Counted from the first letter of the stretch, positions 1-9,332 are shown. The stretch is DNA of 23,465 nt from an uncultured Bacteriovoracaceae bacterium (GCA_964012805.1 CAXGUD010000054.1:1-23465); one strand, 5' to 3'. Program-made: numbers and translations. Notes: a model not told the origin generated them from the sequence alone.

Positions 1-642
1 GATGAATCTGTGAAGAACTTTGGCATGAGACCCATGGAAAGGCTCAAAAACTTAGGGCTTTTTGATTTTGATGTTCAATGTGTTCATATGACTCAAATGA
101 CTGGAGAAGAAATTGATTTGGCCCTTTCCAAAAAGCTTTCTATTATTCATTGTCCAGAGTCAAATATGAAGTTAGGAAGTGGTATTTGCCCAGTTCCAAA
201 GCTCCTCTCTAAAGGGGTGATTGTTGCTCTTGGAACTGATGGAGCCGCTAGTAATAATGATTTAAACCTCTTAGGAGAGATGAAAACGGCTGCTCTTTTA
301 GGAAAAGTCGATCAACTGGACCCAACCGTCTGCAATGCTGAAGAAATCTTTCTTATGGCCACTTTGGGCGGGGCCAAGGCCTTAGGTCTTGATGACAAGA
401 TTGGTGAGATCAAAGTAGGGAAAAGGGCCGATATTGTGGCCATAAAAGAAGACGGATTGATCGATAGCTTTCCTAACTACAACTTCCTGTCCAATCTGAT
501 TTACTCTCAATCTAGCCAGAAAGTGGACTCAGTTTGGGTTGATGGGAAGAGGGTTTTAGAAGAAGGGTCTTTAATAACCCTTCAAAAAAGTGAGCTTTTG
601 ACAAAAACTAGGGCCTGGCAGGAAAAATTATCTCAAAAGTGA
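1..642 (+). CDS. Metal-dependent amidohydrolase, MTA/SAH deaminase (TRZ/ATZ-like) family; 5'-truncated by the window edge
   Basis: Frame is open from base 1 (DESVKNFG...). C-terminal family motifs present: VHMTQ, HCPESNMKLGSG, ALGTDGAASNN, ATLGGAKALG, GEIKVGKRADIV, VWVDGK. Confidence 0.9.
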   Translation, partial: DESVKNFGMRPMERLKNLGLFDFDVQCVHMTQMTGEEIDLALSKKLSIIHCPESNMKLGSGICPVPKLLSKGVIVALGTDGAASNNDLNLLGEMKTAALLGKVDQLDPTVCNAEEIFLMATLGGAKALGLDDKIGEIKVGKRADIVAIKEDGLIDSFPNYNFLSNLIYSQSSQKVDSVWVDGKRVLEEGSLITLQKSELLTKTRAWQEKLSQK

Positions 643-659
643 CCAAAGATTGTTTTACT

Positions 660-1472
660 TTAAGAAAGTTTGGGAAGAACTTCTGTTACAAGTCCACTCA
701 TATTTTCAGCGGCTTCCCCAGCTTTTTTATAGACCTCATCTAGGGAGTGGGCGCCCCCTGCGATTCCTGTTGCTAAGTTTGTTATACAACTTAAGGCCAA
801 AACCTTAAGACCCGAGTGCCTGGCAACTAAAACCTCTGGAATCGTGGACATACCTACAGCATCTACTCCCACTTTTTTCATAAGCTGAATTTCAGCGGCG
901 GACTCAAAGGAAGGACCTTTGTTTCCGAGGTAAACACCTTCATGAAGCCTAAACTTTTTATCTTTTGCAATAGATTTAATTGTTTCCCTCCATTTTGAGT
1001 CGTAGACATTTGACATATCTGGAAAACGGGTGCCAAAACGTTCTTCATTCAATCCAACAAGAGGGTTTTCAAAAAACCAGTTAATATGGTCCTTTATGAG
1101 CATGATATCTCCTGGTTTATGGTCTGGGTGAATACCTCCAGCGGCATTACTAACGACCATTTTTTTAACCCCAAGGAGGGAAAAGATACGGATAGGGTAA
1201 GTGATCTGCTTAGAATTATACCCTTCATAAAAGTGGAAACGTCCTTTCATGCCAAGAACATTAATTCCATTTAAGGAGCCCATAAGAAGAGTACCCTCAT
1301 GACCTTCAGCTGTGGATTGGCAGAAATGAGGAATTTCCTGGTAAGGAATGCTGGCTTGAACTTCCATTTTCGAGAGTAGTCCACCAAGGCCTGAGCCCAT
1401 AATAATAGCTACTTCAGGCATAAAGGTGGGGTTTATATTTTTAAGAAAGGCCACTGTTTCATCATAATTCAT
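660..1472 (-). CDS. punA: Purine nucleoside phosphorylase, trimeric PunA/XapA type
   Basis: Motifs IIMGSGLG, GRFHFYEG, NAAGGI, DHIN, GPSFES, DAVGMSTIPE, SCITN. RBS AAAAGGA upstream of the ATG. Confidence 0.95.
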   Translation of the reverse strand: MNYDETVAFLKNINPTFMPEVAIIMGSGLGGLLSKMEVQASIPYQEIPHFCQSTAEGHEGTLLMGSLNGINVLGMKGRFHFYEGYNSKQITYPIRIFSLLGVKKMVVSNAAGGIHPDHKPGDIMLIKDHINWFFENPLVGLNEERFGTRFPDMSNVYDSKWRETIKSIAKDKKFRLHEGVYLGNKGPSFESAAEIQLMKKVGVDAVGMSTIPEVLVARHSGLKVLALSCITNLATGIAGGAHSLDEVYKKAGEAAENMSGLVTEVLPKLS

Positions 1473-1520
1473 GCTTGGTCCTTTTAGCGCATATCATCCA
1501 AAACTAAGGAAAAAGCATGA

Positions 1521-1549
1521 ATTCTACATATTTTATTGACTCGTGACAA
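1521..1549 (-). promoter_or_regulatory. Sigma70-type promoter for the PNP gene
   Basis: Minus strand reads TTGTCA (1549-1544), 17-nt spacer, TAGAAT (1526-1521), about 50 nt before the ATG at 1472. Confidence 0.7.
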
Positions 1550-1571
1550 CGCTCTTTTTGGGTTTTTAGCT

Positions 1572-1994
1572 TCACCCACGCATTTTAATTTTTAAAAGAG
1601 TGTTTTCCGTATCAAGGTCCTGGATAATCCTTAAGCTCCCGGCATAAAAAGTAGGATGGTTTATAAAAATCCAACGACCAATTTCTTCACAAAAAATATT
1701 CATTAGATCACTACCTCTTAGGGAGTTTTGGAGGGCCTTTAGAAAGTTAAGCTCTTTTCTTAATTCACTTTCATTTTTTGACTTATGTTCTAACTCAAGT
1801 CTGTAAATCCTCATGATATAAGCTAAAAGTCTTAAGGCCTTTTCTTTTTTCTTGGCCAACTTTCTGGGCCAAAGGTCATAACCATTATGTTGGCACTTTT
1901 TAAGAGATCTGATTTGACCATCAAATTCAAAGCATTTATCAATTATAGAGCTTATAAAATACTGTTTTTGCTCGTTTAGAAGTTTTTGGTTCAC
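1572..1994 (-). CDS. Hypothetical basic, probably helical protein (140 aa)
   Basis: Long ORF in very AT-rich DNA, GTG start preceded by AGGA. No recognisable motif. Confidence 0.6.
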   Translation of the reverse strand: MNQKLLNEQKQYFISSIIDKCFEFDGQIRSLKKCQHNGYDLWPRKLAKKKEKALRLLAYIMRIYRLELEHKSKNESELRKELNFLKALQNSLRGSDLMNIFCEEIGRWIFINHPTFYAGSLRIIQDLDTENTLLKIKMRG

Positions 1995-2179
1995 CCTAAT
2001 TTCCTAAAAGAAAACAATATTTAATTTTATCTTATAAACTGGATTATTAAAATGTTATTAGAAAATTGAAATAGAAGATTATAAAGTCTTATCACTTTTT
2101 AATAATTCCCAATAATATTAGCTACTTTGAAAACTTAGATTCATCTAGAATTTGGATTTTAAAAAGCAGGAATTCAAAC

Positions 2180-2761
2180 AGCCCAAAAAAATGCCATCTA
2201 AAAGGAGCTCCTCAAAACCTAAAAGCGAAAAAAAGCGGATTTTTTTATAGGAAATCAGAATCCAGAAAAATTCAGAGGTTTACCTGCTTAATTTGCGGAA
2301 AAAGCTTCTAAAAAGCGATATTTTCTCCTTGCTACAACCATAAAAAAAGAAGGTTAAACGAAATTATATTTAAACTTTTGTCTTCTGGTTTTTTGATGAG
2401 GAGAATTGCCCTCATTGTAAAGATCAGCCTATTACCTGTTAAAAGAAAAATGGTTTTTTTGGCAAAAAGGGCCATAATTAAATCAGATGAGCATAAACTT
2501 TATCCAAGGTTCGTTAAAAAATATTTCCCTAAAAGCGAGCACCTAAGGTTTAAATGAGGTAGGGGATGTATTATTTGTCAAGACGATCTTAAGGGAGTTA
2601 AATCTAAACCGCTCTTCGCTCTCAATCATAACCGTGCCTTGCTAATAGCCAATATTAACAGTCTTATAGGAAAAACATGGTGTTCGACTAAAAAAATCGA
2701 AATGCTTCAAAATCACGTAAATAACTATATGGATTCCCACAATTCAGTCTTGGTTTCCTAA
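2180..2761 (+). pseudogene. Degenerate IS1-family-like transposase (zinc ribbon + HTH + partial DDE region)
   Basis: Manual frame +2 translation: SPKKCHL...KKSGFFYRKSESRKIQRFTCLICGKSF*KAIFSPCYNHKKRRLNEIIFKLLSSGFLMRRIALIVKISLLPVKRKMVFLAKRAIIKSDEHKLYPRFVKKYFPKSEHLRFK*GRGC...PLFALNHNRALLIANINSLIGKTWCSTKKIEMLQNHVNNYMDSHNSVLVS*. Internal stops at 2309-2311 (TAA) and 2555-2557 (TGA). Confidence 0.8.
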
Positions 2762-3114
2762 ACCTTAATTTATTACGATTTAATCAAATTTTAAAAAAAG
2801 TGATTTAAAGAACCTAATTTTTTAATTTATTTTTAGCTTTTTAGAAACAGATAGGTATTCCAGTTAGTGAGCATGACGACAAGCGTTTTATTGAAGAAGT
2901 TAATAAATTGGCCAATTTCGAAATGGAAAATAAAAAAAGAGACTTCTTAAAACTTAAAAAAACTTTAAATTTAATAACGGATGACAACCTTTCAATTGAA
3001 TGTAAGACTCGGAAGAAGCTCTTTAGGCATTCTAGAAAATGGCTTCAGCTTTTGAAAACGAAACAAATATAGTAAGAAAGGTCCATTCTATTTAAAATTA
3101 GGGGCGACAGCGCG

Positions 3115-4965
3115 ATGAATCATGTTCTTTCTTTTAAAGTTTTATTACCGCTTTTTTTGTACGGCTTTTTTATTGCCTTTTTAAGTGTCGCGAAGTCTGG
3201 AATCCAAGTTCAGGTTTTGACTTTGGGAAACGCTCTAAGTGTTATTGTTGGGGCAGTGACACTGATCTTTTCTGTATTATTAATTGACTGCTTTATAAGA
3301 CATATTTCGATAAAAAAAGTGGTACTTTTTCTTTTTTTTTCCTTTTACATTTTTTTAAGTATTTACCACTATAGGATGCAGTCTTTTTTTGACATTAAAC
3401 TCTTTTTTGAAAACTTTGAGATCATATTTCATAAGGAAAGTTTAGACCTTATTAATTCCCAAATTAAAGGCAAAGACTTCTTCATCTTCTTCTTATTTAC
3501 AGGCGTTATATTCTTTTATGGAGTTATCAAAAATAAATTTATTAGTACTCCTCCTTTAAGGCCTAAGAAGGGAGTTGCTTTTCTTTTTGTTTATATATGC
3601 CTCATCTTATCACCCTATAATATGTATGATGAGAGCTCTGTCGTTTTAGCAGATACATATAAATATTTTTTTAAACCTATTAATCTCAATCCATATGCTC
3701 ATAAAATCCTTAAAAAGGAATTCCCTTTTATCCAAGAATTCAATGAGGAAAAAATAGTTAAGGGAAAAGAGAAAAAACACCCTCATATCTTTATTATTGC
3801 CATTGAGTCGTTTAATTCTAACTTTGTTGAAAAGAAAACGCCTGAAGGCCAGTATTATACACCCTTTTTTAATTCACTTATTAATAAAGGTTTTTATGTA
3901 GAAAACTTTTTTGGAAATTCTATTCAAACTGCTAAGGGGATTTTTGCAATCCTTTGTTCAACAGTTCCTGTAACAAAGGGAAAAGTATTTCAAAAGTATT
4001 CTAACTCTAACTTCAGGTGTTTGGCGGAAATTCTAAAGGAAAGGGGTTACACCACACTCTTCTACCAAGGTCACGGAGATTTACATTTTGATAACAGCCT
4101 AGCATTTTACAAAAATAATAATTTTGATAAGGTTGAAACAATATCTTCAAATCTTCTTAGTGAAAAAGAAAAAAAAGAGAATATCTGGGGATGGGGGCCA
4201 CAGGATAACCTTCTCTACAGAGATGTCTTTCGTAAAATAGATGAAATTCACGCTCAATCAAAGGGTGAAAAAAAGTTTTTTACAACAATTTCAACTATTT
4301 CGAGTCATATGATGTTTGATCAGTTACCGAAAAAACAAAGGGTTTTTTACCCTGAAAACAAAACTAAAAAACAAAAGTATTCAAATGTAATTAGGGCGGT
4401 GGATAAATACCTGGAGACTTTTTTTAGTGAATTAAACAAGAGAGACCATTTAAAGGATTCTATCGTCATTATTACAGGTGATCATAGTTTCCCTGTTGGT
4501 GAACACAATATTTATCACAATGAAAGAGGTTTCTATAATGAGTTTTTCAAGGTTCCTTTTCTTGTTCTTTGGAAAAATAAAGTCAAACCTGAAAGAGTTA
4601 AAAATCTAAGTTATTCCCAAGTCGATATCGCACCAACGATTTTAGACCTTTTGGATATAGGGACAAAAAACCACTTTCAAGGAAGCAGTATCTTTAAAAA
4701 GGAAAAAACACTTCAATACCTTGTTCAGCCTTATTCAGGAAAATTCTTATCGATTATAGATTACCCCTTTAAATATGTATTCCATGAAAAAAGCAGAAAA
4801 GAATTCCTTTTTAACTTAAATGAAGACGTCCGAGAATTAAAAAACTTGATTTCTCATAGTCAAAAGAAAAAAATATCTGAAAAACTTAAAAAATTTAGAG
4901 AAAGATTGGGCTATTTTTACGCCAACGATATCGTGATTGAAAACAACCGGTTATGGAAAGATTAA
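3115..4965 (+). CDS. LTA synthase (LtaS/MdoB-like) family sulfatase-fold membrane transferase
   Basis: About five N-terminal hydrophobic helices, then an alkaline-phosphatase-superfamily domain: PHIFIIAIESF, NSIQT (Thr at the nucleophile position), TISSH, IITGDH, SQVDIAPTILDL. Confidence 0.85.
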   Translation: MNHVLSFKVLLPLFLYGFFIAFLSVAKSGIQVQVLTLGNALSVIVGAVTLIFSVLLIDCFIRHISIKKVVLFLFFSFYIFLSIYHYRMQSFFDIKLFFENFEIIFHKESLDLINSQIKGKDFFIFFLFTGVIFFYGVIKNKFISTPPLRPKKGVAFLFVYICLILSPYNMYDESSVVLADTYKYFFKPINLNPYAHKILKKEFPFIQEFNEEKIVKGKEKKHPHIFIIAIESFNSNFVEKKTPEGQYYTPFFNSLINKGFYVENFFGNSIQTAKGIFAILCSTVPVTKGKVFQKYSNSNFRCLAEILKERGYTTLFYQGHGDLHFDNSLAFYKNNNFDKVETISSNLLSEKEKKENIWGWGPQDNLLYRDVFRKIDEIHAQSKGEKKFFTTISTISSHMMFDQLPKKQRVFYPENKTKKQKYSNVIRAVDKYLETFFSELNKRDHLKDSIVIITGDHSFPVGEHNIYHNERGFYNEFFKVPFLVLWKNKVKPERVKNLSYSQVDIAPTILDLLDIGTKNHFQGSSIFKKEKTLQYLVQPYSGKFLSIIDYPFKYVFHEKSRKEFLFNLNEDVRELKNLISHSQKKKISEKLKKFRERLGYFYANDIVIENNRLWKD

Positions 4966-4975
4966 AAGATAAACT

Positions 4976-5527
4976 CTAATAGCCTTGTAAAAAGCCAACA
5001 AGAAGTCTGTGTTGTTTAAAGTTATGAACTTCGACACCTACTAAGATACCAAAAGTTCTGGAAAAGTTAATATCCATTCCAACACCAATATTAGCTGCTC
5101 CATTGACTCTTTGTTCTTTGGGGTTTGTGTTAGATAAGTCTTCCTCAGTTCCAAATACTCCAACGGCTTCCAAGTGAAGGTAAGGCTGAAAGAATGGAAC
5201 TGGCTCACTATAGTGAGGATAAAAAGCTGCACCAAAGCCTAATTCCCCCTGTAAGAAATTGATTTGTCCTTGAGAAGACTGAGAGTAGGTGAAAGAACTT
5301 GTTAACCGGAGGTTCTCTCCATATGAAATTAAGGTCTTAAAAAGGGTCCCTTTTTTATAATTAGTAGAGGCTTCTTGAGTTTCTGTTAAAGGACCGCCAA
5401 AAAACTTAATTTGGAAAATTGCAAGGGAGCTTATGGGGAAGCTCAAGAAAAAAAGTACAATGAGTGGGTGGATAAGTTTTTTTAAAGTTAGAAAGTGCCT
5501 TTTATATGAAGATCTGATTTTTAACAC
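4976..5527 (-). CDS. Putative small outer-membrane beta-barrel protein
   Basis: Signal-like segment ending ISSLA. Alternating amphipathic strands (ELGFGAAFYP, FQPYLHLEAVG, NIGVGMDINF, FGILVGVEVH). C-terminal aromatic residue (Y). Confidence 0.6.
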   Translation of the reverse strand: MLKIRSSYKRHFLTLKKLIHPLIVLFFLSFPISSLAIFQIKFFGGPLTETQEASTNYKKGTLFKTLISYGENLRLTSSFTYSQSSQGQINFLQGELGFGAAFYPHYSEPVPFFQPYLHLEAVGVFGTEEDLSNTNPKEQRVNGAANIGVGMDINFSRTFGILVGVEVHNFKQHRLLVGFLQGY

Positions 5528-5554
5528 TTAATGTTTCCTTCTTCAGATGTCATT

Positions 5555-6409
5555 TTAAATATTATTTAGGATAAAGTTTCTTAATAGGGACTTGTATTTT
5601 GGAAATGTGTAAGTATCCATATGCCCAGCACCTTCAATGATATGGAATGAAACTTTTGATTTACTAAAATGAGAAGACTGTTTTTTAACGAGCTTCATGG
5701 GAACCCAATCATCCTTTTCACCATAAAGAATGAGAACATTTGTTCTGACTTGTTCTGCCCACCTGAAGGCCTCAAATTTGTGATTTTTAAAGAAAGCTTC
5801 AATAAATTTTGGGGGGTATGATTTATAAAGGTTCACAGCTGTCTCTAGTATTGAGGTCATTGGGTTTCTAAGGATAAGGGCCTTAGGTTTAACTTTAGAG
5901 GCAACATAGGTCGCAACTGCTGACCCCATAGAGGCACCATAAATAAAAAGTCTCTGATTTCTTGGTAAGCCTTCCTTAATTTTTTTTGCCAGAGTTAAGG
6001 AGTTCAATAGTATGGGTTTTTCTGAAGGTCTCTCTCCATAAAGGTCTCGGCCATAGCCAGGATACTCAACAAGTATAATATCGAGCGGAAGGTCTTCAAG
6101 GTTTTCAAGAATATCCCTATTTTCACAAGCAGACCTGCCACTACCATGGTAGAAAATTAAGGTGGCCTTTGAGTTTTCTGCCTTCATAATGTAGTAACGG
6201 AGGTTTATGTCATTAAATGTCTTTTCCGTTGTAGTAAAACCTTTTTGTTTGAGCTCTGGACAGAATTTAAAGTTTTGGTCGCTAGGAGTATAGATAGTTT
6301 TCTCGACGGTTCTTTGAATAAGCCAGGTAAAAAAAATAACGAACCCTAGTACAAGCGGAATACTAATAAATAGAATTTTTTTTAAAGAATTTTTCTTCTC
6401 CATGTTCAT
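5555..6409 (-). CDS. Membrane-anchored alpha/beta hydrolase (ABHD12/13-like serine hydrolase)
   Basis: N-terminal TM helix; FYHGSG; EYPGYG; nucleophile elbow GASMG; GEKDDWV (Asp); GAGH (His). Confidence 0.9.
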   Translation of the reverse strand: MNMEKKNSLKKILFISIPLVLGFVIFFTWLIQRTVEKTIYTPSDQNFKFCPELKQKGFTTTEKTFNDINLRYYIMKAENSKATLIFYHGSGRSACENRDILENLEDLPLDIILVEYPGYGRDLYGERPSEKPILLNSLTLAKKIKEGLPRNQRLFIYGASMGSAVATYVASKVKPKALILRNPMTSILETAVNLYKSYPPKFIEAFFKNHKFEAFRWAEQVRTNVLILYGEKDDWVPMKLVKKQSSHFSKSKVSFHIIEGAGHMDTYTFPKYKSLLRNFILNNI

Positions 6410-6432
6410 GGAAGGAGTTCCCTTAGTATGGG

Positions 6433-7812
6433 TTAGCTTTCTTTAAAGTATGAAATAAGTGAGTGAATACTGGACTTTGCGTCCCCAAAAAGCATTCTGG
6501 AATTATTTTTTAGAAACAAGGGGTTGGCGATCCCCGCGAATCCACTTGCCATTGATCTTTTGAGAATAATGACCGTCTTTGCGTAATCAGCATTTATAAT
6601 AGGCATTCCATAAATGGGGCTTCCTTCTGACTCTCTGGCGTCGGGGTTAACGACATCGTTGGCCCCTATAACGACACAAACATCAGTAGACTCCATTGAT
6701 GGGTTAATCGCATCCATTTCAAAAAGTTGCTCATAAGGAATATCCGCTTCTGCCAAAAGAACGTTCATATGACCTGGCATTCTTCCTGCTACTGGGTGGA
6801 TGCCAAACTTCACCTCACACCCGTTGTTCTCAAGTAGTTCAGCTAGCTCTTTTACACTATGCTGTGCCTGAGCAACTGCCATTCCATAGCCAGGTATAAA
6901 GGACACACTTTGTGCTGCTTCCAGAATTAAAGCGGCGTCTTCAGGGACGATTGGTTTGACCTCACCTTTGACATCTTTAGAGTCACCTGATGTGGATGTT
7001 GCCCCCATTCCTCCAAAAAGAACGTGTGCCAGGGTTCGATTCATGGCCTTACACATGATATTTGTAAGAATAAGTCCGCTGGCACCAACTATGGCACCTG
7101 CGACAATTAGAAGGTTATTATTTACGACGAAGCCGGCAGCTGAAGCAGCAATGCCTGAGTAACTATTTAGCAAAGCTATGACAACGGGCATATCGGCTCC
7201 TCCAATTGGTATTACTAATAAAATACCTAAAAGAAGCGCAATACCTGCCATAATAAAGAAATACTGCTCGCCAACAACTGGTCCAGTAGTAAATAAAAAC
7301 GCCAAATAAAAAGTGACTAATAAAAGCACAGCATTGATAAGCTTTTGTCCAATAAACAATACAGGTTTGCCTGGTAAGTTTTCGCTTAATTTACCCCATG
7401 CTATAAGACTACCTGTCAAAGTAATGCCGCCAATAATGACAGATAATGCGACAGTTCCTGCCGTAAAAGTTGTCAACTTAGGGGTTAATTCATAGGCGCC
7501 CCAGCCGACCAAAAGTGAGGAGATACCACCGAAGCCATTAAGCAAAGCTACCATCTCAGGCATGGCCGTCATTTTAATAAGTTTTGCCGCTAAAACACCA
7601 ACTATTGATCCAATGACCATTCCAATGAGAATCATTTGAAAGCTTAAGATTTCTTTACTTACAAGGCTCGCTAGAATGGCTATAAGCATACCCAAAGAGG
7701 AGTGCATATTTCCCTTTCTTGCTGTTGATGGATGACCCAACTTTTTCAGTCCATTTACAAAGAAAAAGGCCGCCAAAATGTAGGCAAGGTTAATGATAAG
7801 TGCTCTGTCCAT
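6433..7812 (-). CDS. pntB: NAD(P)+ transhydrogenase beta subunit
   Basis: MPEMVALLNGFGG, IGGADMPVVIALLNSYSG, MCKAMNR, PGYGMAVAQAQ, IHPVAGRMPGHMNVLLAEA, GANDVVNP. Confidence 0.98.
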   Translation of the reverse strand: MDRALIINLAYILAAFFFVNGLKKLGHPSTARKGNMHSSLGMLIAILASLVSKEILSFQMILIGMVIGSIVGVLAAKLIKMTAMPEMVALLNGFGGISSLLVGWGAYELTPKLTTFTAGTVALSVIIGGITLTGSLIAWGKLSENLPGKPVLFIGQKLINAVLLLVTFYLAFLFTTGPVVGEQYFFIMAGIALLLGILLVIPIGGADMPVVIALLNSYSGIAASAAGFVVNNNLLIVAGAIVGASGLILTNIMCKAMNRTLAHVLFGGMGATSTSGDSKDVKGEVKPIVPEDAALILEAAQSVSFIPGYGMAVAQAQHSVKELAELLENNGCEVKFGIHPVAGRMPGHMNVLLAEADIPYEQLFEMDAINPSMESTDVCVVIGANDVVNPDARESEGSPIYGMPIINADYAKTVIILKRSMASGFAGIANPLFLKNNSRMLFGDAKSSIHSLISYFKES

Positions 7813-7888
7813 GTACCCATCCCTCTTTAACTATTGGAAAATAAGAAAAGTTTGTTAAATATTTTGTCTCTTTTTGAGAACGTACACT

Positions 7889-8191
7889 TTATTTATTTGT
7901 GCCTTTTTTCTTAAACATTTCAAGCATTCTGTCTGTTACTAGATAACCGCCCACCACATTGGTCATAGCAAAGGTCACGGCTAAAAAGCCTAGGATTGAA
8001 GAAAGGGCAGTCGCTTCCTCAGATTGGCCAGTAAGAGAAATGGCACCCAAAAGTGTGATTCCACTAATAGCATTGGAACCACTCATAAGGGGTGTATGGA
8101 GAGTGGCCGGAACTTTTGAAATCAGTTCAAATCCAAGAAACGTTGCAAGAAGTAAGATAAAGAGTAAGTAAATGATTGTTTGTCCATCCAT
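7889..8191 (-). CDS. pntAB: NAD(P)+ transhydrogenase alpha subunit part 2 (membrane part)
   Basis: LHTPLMSGSNAISG and NVVGGYLVTDRMLEMF; lies between alpha-1 and beta. Confidence 0.95.
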   Translation of the reverse strand: MDGQTIIYLLFILLLATFLGFELISKVPATLHTPLMSGSNAISGITLLGAISLTGQSEEATALSSILGFLAVTFAMTNVVGGYLVTDRMLEMFKKKGTNK

Positions 8192-8192
8192 T

Positions 8193-9332
8193 TTAAACTC
8201 CTAGGGCCTCTTTAATTTTCCCATGAACGACCTCACCTTTATGGGTGATGAGGCATGCTTTTAAAATTTCATCTTCCGTATCGAAAACAAAAACCTTTTT
8301 TTCCTGGTCATAAAACTCATTAAGAAAGCTTACGAGGTTTGATGAAAACATTTGGCTTGCGTGTTGAGGTACCATACCTGGGAGGTTACCATGCCCCAAT
8401 ATAATGACGCCGTTTATATCAACTTTTTCATTAAGTTTAGAGCCTTCAACGTTCCCACCCGTCTCAACAGCAAGGTCTACAATAACACTCCCAGCTTTCA
8501 TCTTAGCGACCATATCTGCCGTTATAATTCGAGGTGCAGGGCGCCCAAATACTTGGGCCGTGGTAATGACAATATCACTTTTTGCGCAGTGCTTTGCCAT
8601 CGTTTGCCTTTGTTTTTCCAATTGTTCTTCAGTAAGGGCCTTTGCATAACCGTCTTTAGTTTGCCCCGTTTCACCAAGGTCAACTTTGACAAAGTTGGCA
8701 CCTAAGGATTTTACCTGCTCTTCAACCACGGGTCTTGTGTCAAAGGCTTCGACTTTGGCCCCAAGGCGTTTGGCGGTTGCAATGGCTTGGAGGCCTGCCA
8801 CTCCGGCACCTATAACAAAAACCTTCGCGGGGTGGAGTGTTCCTGCGGGCGTCATCATCATGGGCAGTATTTTATTGAGTTGACCCGCTGCCTCAATTAC
8901 GGCAACATATCCAGCTAGGTTTGTCTGAGAGCTTAAAGCATCCATCTTTTGGGCAATGGTGCTTCTTGGGATCATTTCTAGACTTATGCTTGAAGCCTCT
9001 GTCTCTTTAAATTTAAGAACTGTATCTTTCGAACGGAAAGGATCTAAAAAGCTTATGTGAAATTTATCTTTAAGTTTAGAAGGGTCACCCTTTTCAAAGT
9101 CAGGCTTTCTGACTCGTGCGAGTATGTCACCCCCAGAAATTTCAGCGTCAAGGTCGCTAAAGATACTGGCACCGATTTTGGAATAATCCTCATCTTGAAA
9201 ATTAGACCTAAGCCCAGCGTCCTTTTGAATGGAGACTTGAATCCCTTTATCAATAAGACTCTTGGCACCTTCTGGTATGAGGGCCACGCGGGTTTCACCT
9301 GGATGAGTCTCTTTAGGAATAACTATTTTCAT
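8193..9332 (-). CDS. pntAA: NAD(P)+ transhydrogenase alpha subunit part 1 (NAD-binding dI)
   Basis: MKIVIPKE..GETRVA, PRSTIAQKMDALSSQ, VIGAGVAGLQAIATAKRLGA, DLAVETGGN. Start moved from 9398 to the ATG at 9332, which has a GGAG RBS and matches the family N-terminus. Confidence 0.97.
   Translation of the reverse strand: MKIVIPKETHPGETRVALIPEGAKSLIDKGIQVSIQKDAGLRSNFQDEDYSKIGASIFSDLDAEISGGDILARVRKPDFEKGDPSKLKDKFHISFLDPFRSKDTVLKFKETEASSISLEMIPRSTIAQKMDALSSQTNLAGYVAVIEAAGQLNKILPMMMTPAGTLHPAKVFVIGAGVAGLQAIATAKRLGAKVEAFDTRPVVEEQVKSLGANFVKVDLGETGQTKDGYAKALTEEQLEKQRQTMAKHCAKSDIVITTAQVFGRPAPRIITADMVAKMKAGSVIVDLAVETGGNVEGSKLNEKVDINGVIILGHGNLPGMVPQHASQMFSSNLVSFLNEFYDQEKKVFVFDTEDEILKACLITHKGEVVHGKIKEALGV

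Noticed and set aside
2555..2557. In-frame TGA in the transposase as evidence of stop-codon reassignment
   Set aside because: The same frame also contains TAA, and intact genes in the window end in TGA (e.g. 640-642, 12507-12509). Decay is the simpler explanation.
3332..3340. T9 tract in the LtaS-like gene as a phase-variation switch
   Set aside because: Long A/T runs are common throughout this AT-rich window, and this one encodes Phe residues in a TM helix.
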